DNA from: Bacteroidota bacterium
GTDB lineage: Bacteria; Bacteroidota; Bacteroidia; Bacteroidales; JAHJDW01
Assembly: GCA_037139195.1 (NCBI GenBank)
Contig: JBAXGW010000008.1
Coordinates: 29,516 to 93,515, forward strand
DNA length: 64,000 bases
Direction: 5' to 3'
In this document: in pieces, positions 1-9,900 of the stretch
How the letters are laid out: each line of letters opens with the position of its first letter
Numbering within the stretch: the first letter of the stretch is position 1
Notes under the pieces: model-generated
Seen by the model: the letters and a program-made list of their open reading frames with translations, nothing else
What the model was told of the DNA's origin: nothing
Databases searched by the model: none
Made by a program: the position numbers and the translations under genes

Positions 1-1702
1 CTATAGAATCAACAACAGCTATAGGAAGAGAGAATGTTGTTGGAAGACATGTATTTTTAGTATTTACAATTTTATAAGGAAGTGCATTTGGATCAGCCAC
101 TTCTATAACTACAGCAGCAGAAGTAGTAATTGCACCTTTATTATCGTAAGATTTAGCAGTAATGCTAGCAGTACCTATTACACTTGTCCAATCGAAAGAA
201 TATGCTGAAGTAGCATCTTCACCTACTTTGATTCCATTTACATAAAACTCAACTTTTGTAATTGAACCATCAGAATCAGCAGCATTAGCTGAAATAGTAA
301 CAACAGCGGGAGCTAAAACAGATGAACCAGTTGTTGGAGCAGTAAGACTTACTGTTGGAGGAACATTATTTAATCCAGTAATATCAATTCTTGAAGAAAC
401 AGCAGTAAGACCTCTGTCATCAGTAGCAGTTGCAGTAATTGAATGAGCACCTAAAGTACTTGTATAAGAAGCTTCAAATGGAGAAGAAACATCAGTTCCT
501 ACAGAAGTTCCGTCAACAAAAAATTCAACAGATGCAACAGTACCATCAACATCGCTAGATGAAGCTGTAATAGAAATTACATCACCTATAACTGAAGTTG
601 AACCAGTAGAAGGTGCAGTGATGCTTACAGTTGGAGCTTGATTATTAGCAACACTTACAACAACAGCTGCAGAAGTAGTAAAATCGCCTTCATTATCAGT
701 TGCTTTAGCTGTGATAGATTGGTTTGCACCAGCAGTAGCATTCCAACTAATTGAGAATGGAGTTGTATTATCAACACCTAAAGAAGTAGCACCGTTGAAA
801 AATTCAACAGAAGCAACAGTACCATCAGCATCTGCAGCAGTTGCTGAGATAGTAACTGCATCGCCAGTAATGATACTAGCACCATTTGAAGGAGCAGTAA
901 TACTTACCGTTGGAGCTACAGGAGGTCCCCAAGTTTGAACTAAACTAGGTATAACTAATTCTCCATTTACAGGATTTTCAACAACATATTTTTCAGCTTG
1001 AAAAGCAGGATTTTGCAATTGAATATTTAGAGAAAAAGATAAAACACCATCTGTAGTAAATTGACCAATTAATACTTTATTGCTTGCACTTAAATCACTA
1101 GCACCTGCATTGTTTCCCCAAGAACCATTAGTAATAGAAAACAAATTACCACTTGTTGCACCAGCATCAAGCATAGATACATCTTGAGTACCAAAAGTTG
1201 CAATTGCAGGAACAGTTCCAGCAATCATTCCATCTTGAGTTGTAAGAGCAATACCCATTCTTGATGAAGTATTTCTAAGGCAATTGTTATCTATCACAAA
1301 ATTACCTACGCCATTGTCTTCTGTTTTCATTATACCATTATTGCCAGCACAAGCTCCACCAGCAGTAATATATGAATCAAGATTAGCAGTTCTCTTTTTA
1401 GCATTAGCAGCGCTTAATGTAGGAGAAACTCCACCATAGTTTGGTTCATTATAAAAAGAAGTGGTGGTACTAATTGAAAGGGGGTGTGTAGCACTACCAT
1501 ACGCCATTTTGAATTTATAGCCTGGCAACATGTCTACATACACTCTATAAGTAACTGATCCAATAGGAAGAGTTGGGTCTGCTGCATTATCAGCTGCATT
1601 GGCAATGTAGTATTTTTCAACTACTACGCCTTCTAGCCCGTTTTGCGCTTGTGCAAACGATCCAAGAAAGCAAAGTCCTAATCCAAAAAATATTTTTTTC
1701 AT
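1..1702 (-). CDS. Secreted surface protein, 5' part only (runs off the left edge). It has the N-terminal ~240-aa uncharacterised paralog-family domain (copy P1), then at least four Ig-like repeats.
   Basis: My own minus-strand translation starts at the ATG at 1702-1700 (MKKIFFGLGLCFLGSFAQAQNGLEGVVVEKYYIANAADN...GSVTYRVYVDMLPGYKFKMAYGS...). I checked the frame at both ends and at about 900-960 and saw no stops there. It is absent from the ORF track because no stop lies in the window. The N-terminus aligns with ORFs 10139-11248, 11263-12060 and 5596-6948. The downstream repeats (APTVSITAP..G....I.A.A.D.DG.V..VEF..G) look like bacterial Ig-like domains. Confidence 0.8.
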   Translation of the reverse strand, partial: MKKIFFGLGLCFLGSFAQAQNGLEGVVVEKYYIANAADNAADPTLPIGSVTYRVYVDMLPGYKFKMAYGSATHPLSISTTTSFYNEPNYGGVSPTLSAANAKKRTANLDSYITAGGACAGNNGIMKTEDNGVGNFVIDNNCLRNTSSRMGIALTTQDGMIAGTVPAIATFGTQDVSMLDAGATSGNLFSITNGSWGNNAGASDLSASNKVLIGQFTTDGVLSFSLNIQLQNPAFQAEKYVVENPVNGELVIPSLVQTWGPPVAPTVSITAPSNGASIITGDAVTISATAADADGTVASVEFFNGATSLGVDNTTPFSISWNATAGANQSITAKATDNEGDFTTSAAVVVSVANNQAPTVSITAPSTGSTSVIGDVISITASSSDVDGTVASVEFFVDGTSVGTDVSSPFEASYTSTLGAHSITATATDDRGLTAVSSRIDITGLNNVPPTVSLTAPTTGSSVLAPAVVTISANAADSDGSITKVEFYVNGIKVGEDATSAYSFDWTSVIGTASITAKSYDNKGAITTSAAVVIEVADPNALPYKIVNTKNTCLPTTFSLPIAVVDSI

Positions 1703-2014
1703 TTTATTTTTTTGTTTATATTTGTTAATAATTTATAAGTTAAATAATTAGTTCGCAAGATTTTTTATTGATTTATTTATTACTTCTTTATAAGTCAGTC
1801 CCGCGCTATTAATAGCTAGGACTGACTTTGAAGTTATAGCAAGTTTGTTAATTTCCCTTAATACCGTAAGTTTTTTTTGGTTTAACTTCTACTTTAGTTT
1901 ATCATGAGCCTATCGATAAGTTTTGTCTGATAGTTACTCCGAGAGTAGTTGAAGTTCATTTGCCATATTAGCGTTAAAAACTTGCATAAGGCTACCACTT
2001 GCATTAATTAATTA

Positions 2015-3781
2015 TTATTTTGATAAAGGAGCACCGAAAGCATTAACAAAAATACTTAAGTCGTCAACGTCCACATCTCCGTCATTATCTAAATCCGATG
2101 GAGTGGTTTGTTGAGAAGTTAAAACTTGGTTTAAAGCCCATTCCGACAACCAGCTAGTTTTGTTTGCATCAAAAGCACCTCTAAAATTTACTGCAGAGAA
2201 GAAACCATCTGCAGGTGCAGTAATTGTAGAAGCAATATTTGTTAAAGGAGTTACGTGGAAAGGATTTGTAGTATAAGAAGTATGAGCAGCAGTATTCCAA
2301 GCCCAATTAGCATCGATACCAGGAACAGAAGCTACTACAGAGTTGCCATCTGTTGTAGTAAATTGAGTTAAATCAGCAGCAGATGCAGCAGTTGCAGCTT
2401 TCCATATTTTATTGAAACCAGTAGAACCTGTTGCAGGATTTGTAGTCAAAGAACCTTTAGTAATAGGATATTGATTTGTAGGAGTATTACCAAAACCAAT
2501 AAATGTATTGTTTTTAACTATTAACGATTGATATTGAGAATTTCCACTTCCATTATTATAAGCGTTTGAAGTATTGGTCCAGTTATCATAGCCATCGCCT
2601 TTAGCAGTTGCAGTAGAACGAGAAGTTGCTAAATGCAAGCCTGATCTAAAACCTGCAAAAATTGAGTTATAAATTTCGCCTTGAGTATTTTCTTTTGCTT
2701 GAATTGCAGCAGCACCTGAATTATCAGAAGCAGGAATTACATGTCCATTACCAATTAAAGTTACATTATAAATAAATGGATGCGATTTTAACGTTCCATT
2801 AATAGAAAAATCAGCAAGATCTTTAGCATCGTCTGCATCTGCTTCAAAACCATTATCCGTAGAATGCAATCCAGTTATAGAATCACCAGCTATACCAAAT
2901 AAAAACTGAGCTTTACCCGACCAACCTAAGTCATAATCGAAAAAATCATCATTTCCAAATAATACAGAAGCGTACTTTATATTTACTTTACCCCCAAATA
3001 ATTCGATATTATCATCAGCACAAGCAATAATTTCAATATGTTCAATTGTAGTTCCGCTACCAACAGATCCTAAAGAAAGACCATTTAGTTCGTTACTAAC
3101 AGCTAAAATAGCACCTGCATTTCTAATAGAAACATATCTTAAAATTCCCGAATTATCAGCATCATCAGCCGTTGGAAAAGCTGCATCACCAGCACCATAT
3201 AAATCTCTTCCATTTGATGCAGAAAAACCTTCAATGAAACCAACACCATTTGTACCTCCATAATAAGTATTTCCTACTTTTAAATTATTTGTTGCTTTAC
3301 CTAAAAGAACAACACCACCCCATTGACCCACATTTGTCATTGAGTAAGTTCCGTCCATAGGATCAGCAGCAGCAGCAAATACAATTGGGCATTCTTTTTT
3401 TCCATCAGCAATAATTTTACCGCCTCTTTCAATGATAAGAGCAGTAGCATTAGCAGGGTCTGCAGCTGTTGCTCCTTTGATTAATGTTCCAGGTTGAATT
3501 GTTAACGTAATGCCATTAGGCACATAGATTTTTTGATCTAAGGTATAAACATTACCACAAGTAAGTGTTTGATTAGCTAATAGTTCTCCATTGGCGTTTA
3601 CTCCTAGAGTGCTCATAAGTACAGTTGCTCTAGAGCTAACAACAGGGCATCCGCATTCTGCACCTAAATTTGTTTGAGCAAAACCAGTTGTAATTGTCAT
3701 CGCTGCAATTACAGCCGACGAAATTAAATTTGTAAAAGTGTTCTTTTTCATAAAAAATAAAATTAAGTTTAAAGATTTCAT
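2015..3781 (-). CDS. Secreted protein or lipoprotein, probably beta-helix-like, with a C-terminal dockerin/EF-hand-like Ca-binding motif. Function unknown.
   Basis: 588-aa ORF. A signal peptide is present (the alternative start at M11, position 3751, gives MKKNTFTNLISSAVIAAMTITTGFAQ). The sequence is Gly/Asn/Asp-rich and repetitive (NELNGLSLGSVGSGTTIEHIEIIACADDNIELFGG...). The C-terminus is DLDNDGDVDVDDLSIFVNAFG. A TAnnTTTG -7 box lies upstream at 3813-3820. Confidence 0.75.
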   Translation of the reverse strand: MKSLNLILFFMKKNTFTNLISSAVIAAMTITTGFAQTNLGAECGCPVVSSRATVLMSTLGVNANGELLANQTLTCGNVYTLDQKIYVPNGITLTIQPGTLIKGATAADPANATALIIERGGKIIADGKKECPIVFAAAADPMDGTYSMTNVGQWGGVVLLGKATNNLKVGNTYYGGTNGVGFIEGFSASNGRDLYGAGDAAFPTADDADNSGILRYVSIRNAGAILAVSNELNGLSLGSVGSGTTIEHIEIIACADDNIELFGGKVNIKYASVLFGNDDFFDYDLGWSGKAQFLFGIAGDSITGLHSTDNGFEADADDAKDLADFSINGTLKSHPFIYNVTLIGNGHVIPASDNSGAAAIQAKENTQGEIYNSIFAGFRSGLHLATSRSTATAKGDGYDNWTNTSNAYNNGSGNSQYQSLIVKNNTFIGFGNTPTNQYPITKGSLTTNPATGSTGFNKIWKAATAASAADLTQFTTTDGNSVVASVPGIDANWAWNTAAHTSYTTNPFHVTPLTNIASTITAPADGFFSAVNFRGAFDANKTSWLSEWALNQVLTSQQTTPSDLDNDGDVDVDDLSIFVNAFGAPLSK

Positions 3782-3812
3782 ATTTAGAGATTCATCGTTA
3801 TGATGAACAGGG

Positions 3813-3820
3813 CAAATTTA
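3813..3820 (-). promoter_or_regulatory. Bacteroidota-type -7 promoter box (TAAATTTG) for gene 2015-3781
   Basis: Plus-strand CAAATTTA is TAAATTTG on the minus strand, matching the TAnnTTTG consensus established for Bacteroidetes sigma-A promoters. It lies 32 nt upstream of the ATG at 3781. Confidence 0.5.
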
Positions 3821-3999
3821 TAAACCTAATGTTAAGTAGATGTATGATTTGTGTTATTTAATGATTGCTTTTTCGTTAATTAATTGGTTCCAAAAAATTG
3901 AATTTTTAACAGTTAAATAACAAAGTATTAACATGAAAACAACATTGGTTTTTGAAGTGACTGATTTTGTAGCACAATAGAAAAATCATAAAACAACAA

Positions 4000-4029
4000 A
4001 ACCCCAATATTCTGAAAAATATGGGGTTT
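4000..4029 (-). terminator. Probable terminator after the 87-aa ORF
   Basis: The stem CCCCA(A)TAT / ATATGGGG is followed by TTTTGTTGTTT on the minus strand. Confidence 0.5.
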
Positions 4030-4077
4030 ATATTTTATTGCGAAACTAATCACAAATCAATTTGCTATGCTAAATAT

Positions 4078-4341
4078 TTATTGAAGGAGCATTTTTCTTT
4101 GTTCAATCATTAGCATTCTGGCTTCACGTCTTTCCTTATTCTCAATATTGTTTTTTTGAGTTCTATTTTCTAATTCTTTTATATCTTCAACCAAAAGTCT
4201 ACGCATTTCACGCCTATACCTTTCTGCTGTTAGATATTCAGCCTGATCTATATTGCGAACTAAATAGCTAGCTGAATTAGCATCAACTTGATTGATAGTT
4301 TTACTATTATTTTTTTCAACTTTATTTATTTGTTTTTTCAT
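4078..4341 (-). CDS. Small hypothetical protein (87 aa), highly charged with a Lys/Arg/Glu-rich C-terminus
   Basis: Isolated ORF with its own downstream hairpin plus T-run at 4000-4029. I recognise no family. Confidence 0.45.
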   Translation of the reverse strand: MKKQINKVEKNNSKTINQVDANSASYLVRNIDQAEYLTAERYRREMRRLLVEDIKELENRTQKNNIENKERREARMLMIEQRKMLLQ

Positions 4342-4530
4342 ATATTTATAGTTTTTGGTTCAATGAAATTATTTGTTATTTATTTTATTATGACCCATCT
4401 GCGCTCTGCAAACCAAATAAAACAGGCTAATAAGTGTCTTTCCTTAAATCAGCAAGCTATTTGTTCTTTTTCTAGATAGTCTCCGCTCAGTCTGCGTGAT
4501 TAAAGTCGATGTTTTTCTAAACCCAACATA

Positions 4531-4580
4531 GTGGCTGTTTAGAAACTTCGTAATCGAGACGGAGTTTATGGACAGCCTCT
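4531..4580 (-). mobile_element. MITE-like repeat family B, copy B3 (internally deleted, hairpin-only form)
   Basis: The reverse complement reads AGAGGCTGTCCATAAACTCCGT|CTCGATTACGAAGTTTCTAAACAGCCAC. That is the left end of family B joined to the right end, lacking the central ~75 bp. It begins 2-3 nt after the TAA stop of the FISUMP gene. Confidence 0.7.
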
Positions 4581-4582
4581 AA

Positions 4583-5359
4583 TTAGTCCTTTATACACCT
4601 AATACTAAAACCATAGTTTTTAGGTCCATAATATCTGAAAACAGATGATTTATTGTAATCTAATCCACGATAATAAGCTTCGTTTCCATTTAATGACGAA
4701 GACCACCAAAAGCCAATTTTTGTGGTAGATGGAATACTCCAAACACCATTAAACATACAAGCTCCTCCGCCTTTGGCATTGAAACCACTTTCATTAGTTC
4801 CCCATACAACGTATTTGTCGTACGATTCCGACCAGCCAATTTGTTCTTTTAGTTTATCTCCTTCTTTTGCACCTCTCCAATTAAGCTTATCTAATTCTGA
4901 AGCATTCATTCCCAAAAACAATTCTAATTCTTTCCATTCACTATCGCTTGGTATATGCCATCCATCAGGAGCAAGGTTTCTTGTGTCTTCAACAGCAAAC
5001 CAGTTATACAGATAACCATATTTGCACCCTTTGTAATTCTGTGAATTTGCATCTATATTCTCAATAACACAATATGCACCAGAGTCTGAATTATTCCAGA
5101 AAGCAGTATCAAACATTTGCCCGATTTGAGGCAATTTTATAGTGTCTCCATTTGAATATCTAGAAACTTTTAAATTTTCCGCCATCCACCATTTATTACC
5201 AATCTTAACGGTTTTATAGGTATTGCCATCAATATCGGTCATGGTGCCAGTTTCAATTTTTGTTGTTGCTTTTTCCTTTTTGCAGCCATTGGCAAATACT
5301 ACAAATGCTATTGCAACAAGGATAAAAACGAATGAGCTAAATTTTATTGTATTATTCAT
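4583..5359 (-). CDS. Lipoprotein with a Fibrobacter succinogenes major paralogous (FISUMP) domain
   Basis: The signal peptide ends in a lipobox-like FANGC. Motifs DIDGNTYKTVKIGNKWWMAENLK, YGYLYNW and APDGWHIPSDSEWKELE are characteristic of the FISUMP domain (TIGR02145), recalled from memory. Confidence 0.85.
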   Translation of the reverse strand: MNNTIKFSSFVFILVAIAFVVFANGCKKEKATTKIETGTMTDIDGNTYKTVKIGNKWWMAENLKVSRYSNGDTIKLPQIGQMFDTAFWNNSDSGAYCVIENIDANSQNYKGCKYGYLYNWFAVEDTRNLAPDGWHIPSDSEWKELELFLGMNASELDKLNWRGAKEGDKLKEQIGWSESYDKYVVWGTNESGFNAKGGGACMFNGVWSIPSTTKIGFWWSSSLNGNEAYYRGLDYNKSSVFRYYGPKNYGFSIRCIKD

Positions 5360-5417
5360 AATCTACAATTGATAAAAATTAATCTTAGTTCTGTTCTATA
5401 ATATTTTAGTTTTATTT

Positions 5418-5575
5418 GTTGCCTTAGGCAACTTTTATATTGCACAGTGTAACACAGTGTTTTATCACAGAGTTTCACTGTTTTCTTGGTTTTCTCTGTG
5501 CAACACTGTGTTTCTACTCTGTGTCACACTGTGTAATTAGAGTGCTTGCTTTAGCAAGCTTTTGCCCCGGAACCC
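5418..5575 (+). repeat. Repeat family A, copy A1 (~158 bp structured CACAGTGT element)
   Basis: The element reads GTTGCCTTAGGCAAC...TGCACAGTGTAACACAGTGTTTTATCACAGAGTTTCACTG...CTCTGTGCAACACTGTG...CTCTGTGTCACACTGTGTAA...GCTTGCTTTAGCAAGC...CCCGGAACCC. It has two terminal mini-hairpins plus long internal inverted repeats. It lies ~20 bp after the P2 stop codon. Confidence 0.85.
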
Positions 5576-5595
5576 ATATTCTTTAAAACACAACC

Positions 5596-6948
5596 TTAGT
5601 CTTTAATAAATCTTTCGCTTAATACAGTATTACCACAATAAACTCTAATTAAATAAATACCTGGATTTAAATTCGTAGCATCTATGTTTTCACTAATATC
5701 TCCTGAAATTTTCCCAAGTTTTTCCCCAATTTCAATATTCCCAAACGAATTATAAACCTCGTATCGAGTTTCTTCATTTTCAATATTGTTTGTTTCTAGC
5801 GTAAACAGCGAATGAACAGGGTTTGGATAAAGTTTAATTTTTTTGTCTTGATTGCCTAAATTTGGGCAAACCAAACTAATATCTCTATTTAAACACGATC
5901 CAGGGTAACAACATAATGTGTCTATATTAAAATTTGCATTTTTATCGTAATTGCAAGCCAAAGGATCCATACAGCCAACATAACGACGGACTTTGCACGA
6001 ATCATTAGAATGAATAGCAAAAACAGTATCGTTAAATTCATTATAATTAACATTTAAACATCCACATAAAAACGGATACGTTAAAAACGGTGAGCGATAT
6101 TCGCCATTTTGAAAATCAGCATTTTTAGCAACATAATTTTGAATAGTAGGATTCTGCCCTTTTGGTTTTGGATTATAAACTTGCAAGTTTAGTTCAAATG
6201 ATATTTCGCCTTTGGTAGTAAGCTGTGCAACCAAAATATAATTAGAATCTACATTAACACCCTTAACGCCCGTGCATTGAAGTGATGCTGAATTGCTAAT
6301 AAACTCAGTTTTAGTTTTAGAAGAACCAAAAATTGTAGAATCAGTAAATCCAGAGCCGAGCCATGAGCTAGGAACACTATCCATTATAGAAATACCATCG
6401 GCATTTGTTAAAGGAACTCCAGCAAGAGCATCATTATTAGTGAGCAAGCCTCCAACAATAGATGCACTTCCTCCGTCGTTATTGGCTCCACCAACAAAAG
6501 AGCCATCATTATCCATAAATTTGGGAACACCTGCATAAGTTAGGGTCGCCTTCTTTGAAATTTGACCTATTGTTATCCAAGAATCAAGAGCTACAGTATT
6601 AGAGCCATAATAATTTTTAATAATATCCTTTGCAAATAGGGTTCCTCTATCGCTATTATTAAAAAATGCATGAGTACTCGAAAATTTAAGCGTATGATTT
6701 GAATTACCATATATTTTCTTCAGTTTGCACCCTGGTTTTAATTTAACATAAATTCTATACGTTTTTGTTCCAACTTCAATTTTGCCACCCGTAGTATCTG
6801 TTGCATCATTAGCATTAGCTACATAGTAAGTTTCAACTAAAACATTTTTTATAGCATCTTGAGCCTGAATAGAAAAGGCAAAAAATAAAAATGCTATTAA
6901 TAATAAAGCAGGTTTCATACAATTAATTTTAATAATTTTTGATTTCAC
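5596..6948 (-). CDS. Paralog-family protein P2: uncharacterised N-terminal domain, a Cys-rich module and a type A T9SS C-terminal sorting domain
   Basis: Has a signal peptide. Family motifs are VLVETYYVAN, GTKTYRIYVKLKPGCKLKKIYG and ILVAQLTTKGEISFELNLQV..YVAKN. The Cys-rich stretch is GCMDPLACNYDKNANFNIDTLCCYPGSC. The C-terminus is KLYPNPVHSLFTLE...GIYLIRV. The start lies 12 bp after the TBDT stop. Confidence 0.85.
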   Translation of the reverse strand: MKSKIIKINCMKPALLLIAFLFFAFSIQAQDAIKNVLVETYYVANANDATDTTGGKIEVGTKTYRIYVKLKPGCKLKKIYGNSNHTLKFSSTHAFFNNSDRGTLFAKDIIKNYYGSNTVALDSWITIGQISKKATLTYAGVPKFMDNDGSFVGGANNDGGSASIVGGLLTNNDALAGVPLTNADGISIMDSVPSSWLGSGFTDSTIFGSSKTKTEFISNSASLQCTGVKGVNVDSNYILVAQLTTKGEISFELNLQVYNPKPKGQNPTIQNYVAKNADFQNGEYRSPFLTYPFLCGCLNVNYNEFNDTVFAIHSNDSCKVRRYVGCMDPLACNYDKNANFNIDTLCCYPGSCLNRDISLVCPNLGNQDKKIKLYPNPVHSLFTLETNNIENEETRYEVYNSFGNIEIGEKLGKISGDISENIDATNLNPGIYLIRVYCGNTVLSERFIKD

Positions 6949-6960
6949 GTAATTAGTATA

Positions 6961-9900
6961 TTAAAGTTTATAGGATAATGAAAACACATAAGTAGTGCCG
7001 TATTTATATTGATCAAAAATTAATATTTCCTTGTTATCATATATATAAGAGCGTGTTATTGATGTGCTTAAAAGATCTTGAATTTTCAAACTAGCATTAA
7101 AATGTTTTCCAATGGTTTTCGATATTTTGAAATCGATCATATTTCTTGGTAATTCATAAATATCTGGCAAGAAACTTACACCAACTATAACAAGTCGACG
7201 ACCCTGAACATTATAACTTAATCCAGCAACTAGCCCTTTTTCTTTGGATGTATAAGTTAACATGCCATTTAAAATATAAGGTGCCTGACCTAACATAGTA
7301 GATTCTGTGGTTTTACCAGGAATTCCAAACTGCAAACCAGAAGTAGTTATTAATGATCTATTTAATTTTGAATAGGAATTAACAAAAGTTACATTTGCCT
7401 TGAATTCAAAATTCTTTGATAAAGACTTTTTACCTTCTATTTCAATCCCCCTAATCCAGGCCTTGTTTTCGTTATTTTTCCATATATATCCACCAAGCGG
7501 TCCGAAATACATCATTTCAATATGATTTTTAAAATCCTTATAAAATCCGCTGATAGAAATATTGTCGCCATTTTTAAAATATTTTTCTACCCTTAAATCA
7601 TAATTATTAATTTGTGCCATTTTCAAATCCGAATTTCCTCTAACAGGTGCACTGAATTCTTGATCGTAAATTACATTATCCGAAAGTTCACGCATATTAG
7701 GGCGAGCAACTGATTGACTAAAATTAGCTCTGATATTAATTGGCGAAATTTCATCGGCTTTTAATTTATATATTATATTAATACTTGGCAAATAACTAAT
7801 TTCATTTAAAACTCCTGGGTTAACTTTAACATCACCTAAACCTACGCCGGCTGCAAATTGTCGTCTAGGGTCATCAGCCGCTAAGCCTAATGAATCGAAA
7901 AGTTGACAATCGGTATAGGTTTTAGCTTTTTCAACTCGCAAACCACCAGATACTCGTAATTTTTGGATAATCGAATAGTCAACCATACTATAAGCTGCCA
8001 TTACACTGCTATTTCCAAATATATCATTTGAAGGATATCTATATCTAGAATAGTACTCTTGTACTGAGCGAAAAGGCTGATCATTATTAGTCCCTGAAAG
8101 CTGAGTGGTAACTATATCAAACCGGTCTCTTCCATATGGATCGGCATTTGGCGAAGCATTTCTAATATTTTCAGAACCAATACCTTCCCATAATTGATAA
8201 TAATATTGAGTACTTTCTCTATGGTTATTTTGATAAGCAATACCCATTTTTAGTTTTCTAACCAAATCAGGCTTATTATACAAAGGCAATTCTGCACTTA
8301 ACCTAGAGTCGAAAACATTATCAGTTAAATATCTAAAATACCGTCCTGTTCCATTTGATGTGGACATGAAAATAGGTTGATTTCGAGGGATTGACTGATC
8401 ATCAAGAATTATTGCTTTTAAATCGGGAGCCGAACTTTTCCCATTGGTATACGATGAATTTAATGCAATTTTTATTTTTCTTTTAGGCAAATAATGCTCT
8501 GATTTCAACTGATAAACAAACTGTTGGCGTGATTCATAAAACTGATTGATTCGAGTTGAATAAGTACTATCATCACTATTTGCTTTATAATACATTGATT
8601 TTCTGACATTATTTATTCCAGTTACATTGGGCATAAATAATAAAGACAAACTATGATTAGGGTTGTATTTATAGGCAACATTAACTAGAGCACTCCAACT
8701 ATTAACTTCTTTACTAACTTGCTGAAAAGAAGAATCAAATGCAGGAATACTAGTAGCAGAGTCAACACCTATACATTTATTAGCAATAGAATTAGCATCA
8801 CTTTGCGTTGATGTAGAATATCTATAACCTACCAAAAATCCAAGCGGTTTCCCAAAAAGTTTTGTTTGGTTTCCAATCGAAAAACTCTGACTATTGCTTA
8901 AAGGAGCTTTACGTATTTTATAATTCCATGTATTGGGCAATGATTGCGAAAATGCTACCGCATCAGCATTTATTTTATTAAAGGCGTCGCCTTTATATTG
9001 AAGAGAATTGTACTGTTCAATTGCATTATCATAAGCTACTTGGTCATTATACTGAGCAGTTCCCAACAAGCCTAATTGTATTAAACCTAGCTTTGTATAA
9101 TCGTTGTTCCATGCTGAAGTACTTGTAATTCCTTGCGATTTTAGATAATCGCCCAAACCCAATGCAACAAATTCTTGATACATTGTAGGATTGCTATAAA
9201 ACTCTGAATAAGAACTATGGTCGATATTTCGCTTGCTATTATCATAACCAAGCCAATCGGTTGAGCTTCTTTCAGATGTTAGTACATCTTTAAAAGATGT
9301 TTGAGGATTATAGCCAAATGAACTTTCTAAACCAATAGAAAGTGAGTCGGGATAATCTTTTGTCTCTACCGATATATAGGCACCAGCCCAATCGCCAGGC
9401 AAATCGGGGCTAGCGGTTTTTGTAATTAAAATATTATCTATTAAGCTAGCTGGAAAAATATCCAATTTAATATTATTTGTAAAAGGGTCTAGGGTTGGGA
9501 TTTTAAAACCATTAATAGTTGTTTTTAAATATCTATCGCCAATACCTCGCACAGTAATAATGCCTGTACTGCTTGTTGAAACGCCAGTTACACGAGCAAT
9601 TGCAGCACCAACATTTGCATCGCCTGTTTTTTTAATAGTTTCAGCCGAAATAAAATCCATCGTTGAAGAGGATTTTCTTTTCATTACTTCAAGCTGATTG
9701 TCATTGTTAAATCTTGATTTTGCTGTAACTACTACTTCTTTTAATGCAGATGATTTTGATTCTAACACATAATTTTTTATAATTAAATCGCCTTTTTTGC
9801 AATTAATAGTATCAAGTATAACATTATAGCCAATATAACTAATATTTAAAATTTGAGGTGTTGACGTGTCTTTTAATTTTATGGAATAATTGCCATCCAT

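Noticed and set aside
711-938. 75-aa plus-strand ORF from the track
   Set aside because: It lies entirely antisense to the Ig-repeat region of the minus-strand gene 1-1702, whose frame I verified as open where checked and which has clear domain repeats. It is a shadow ORF.
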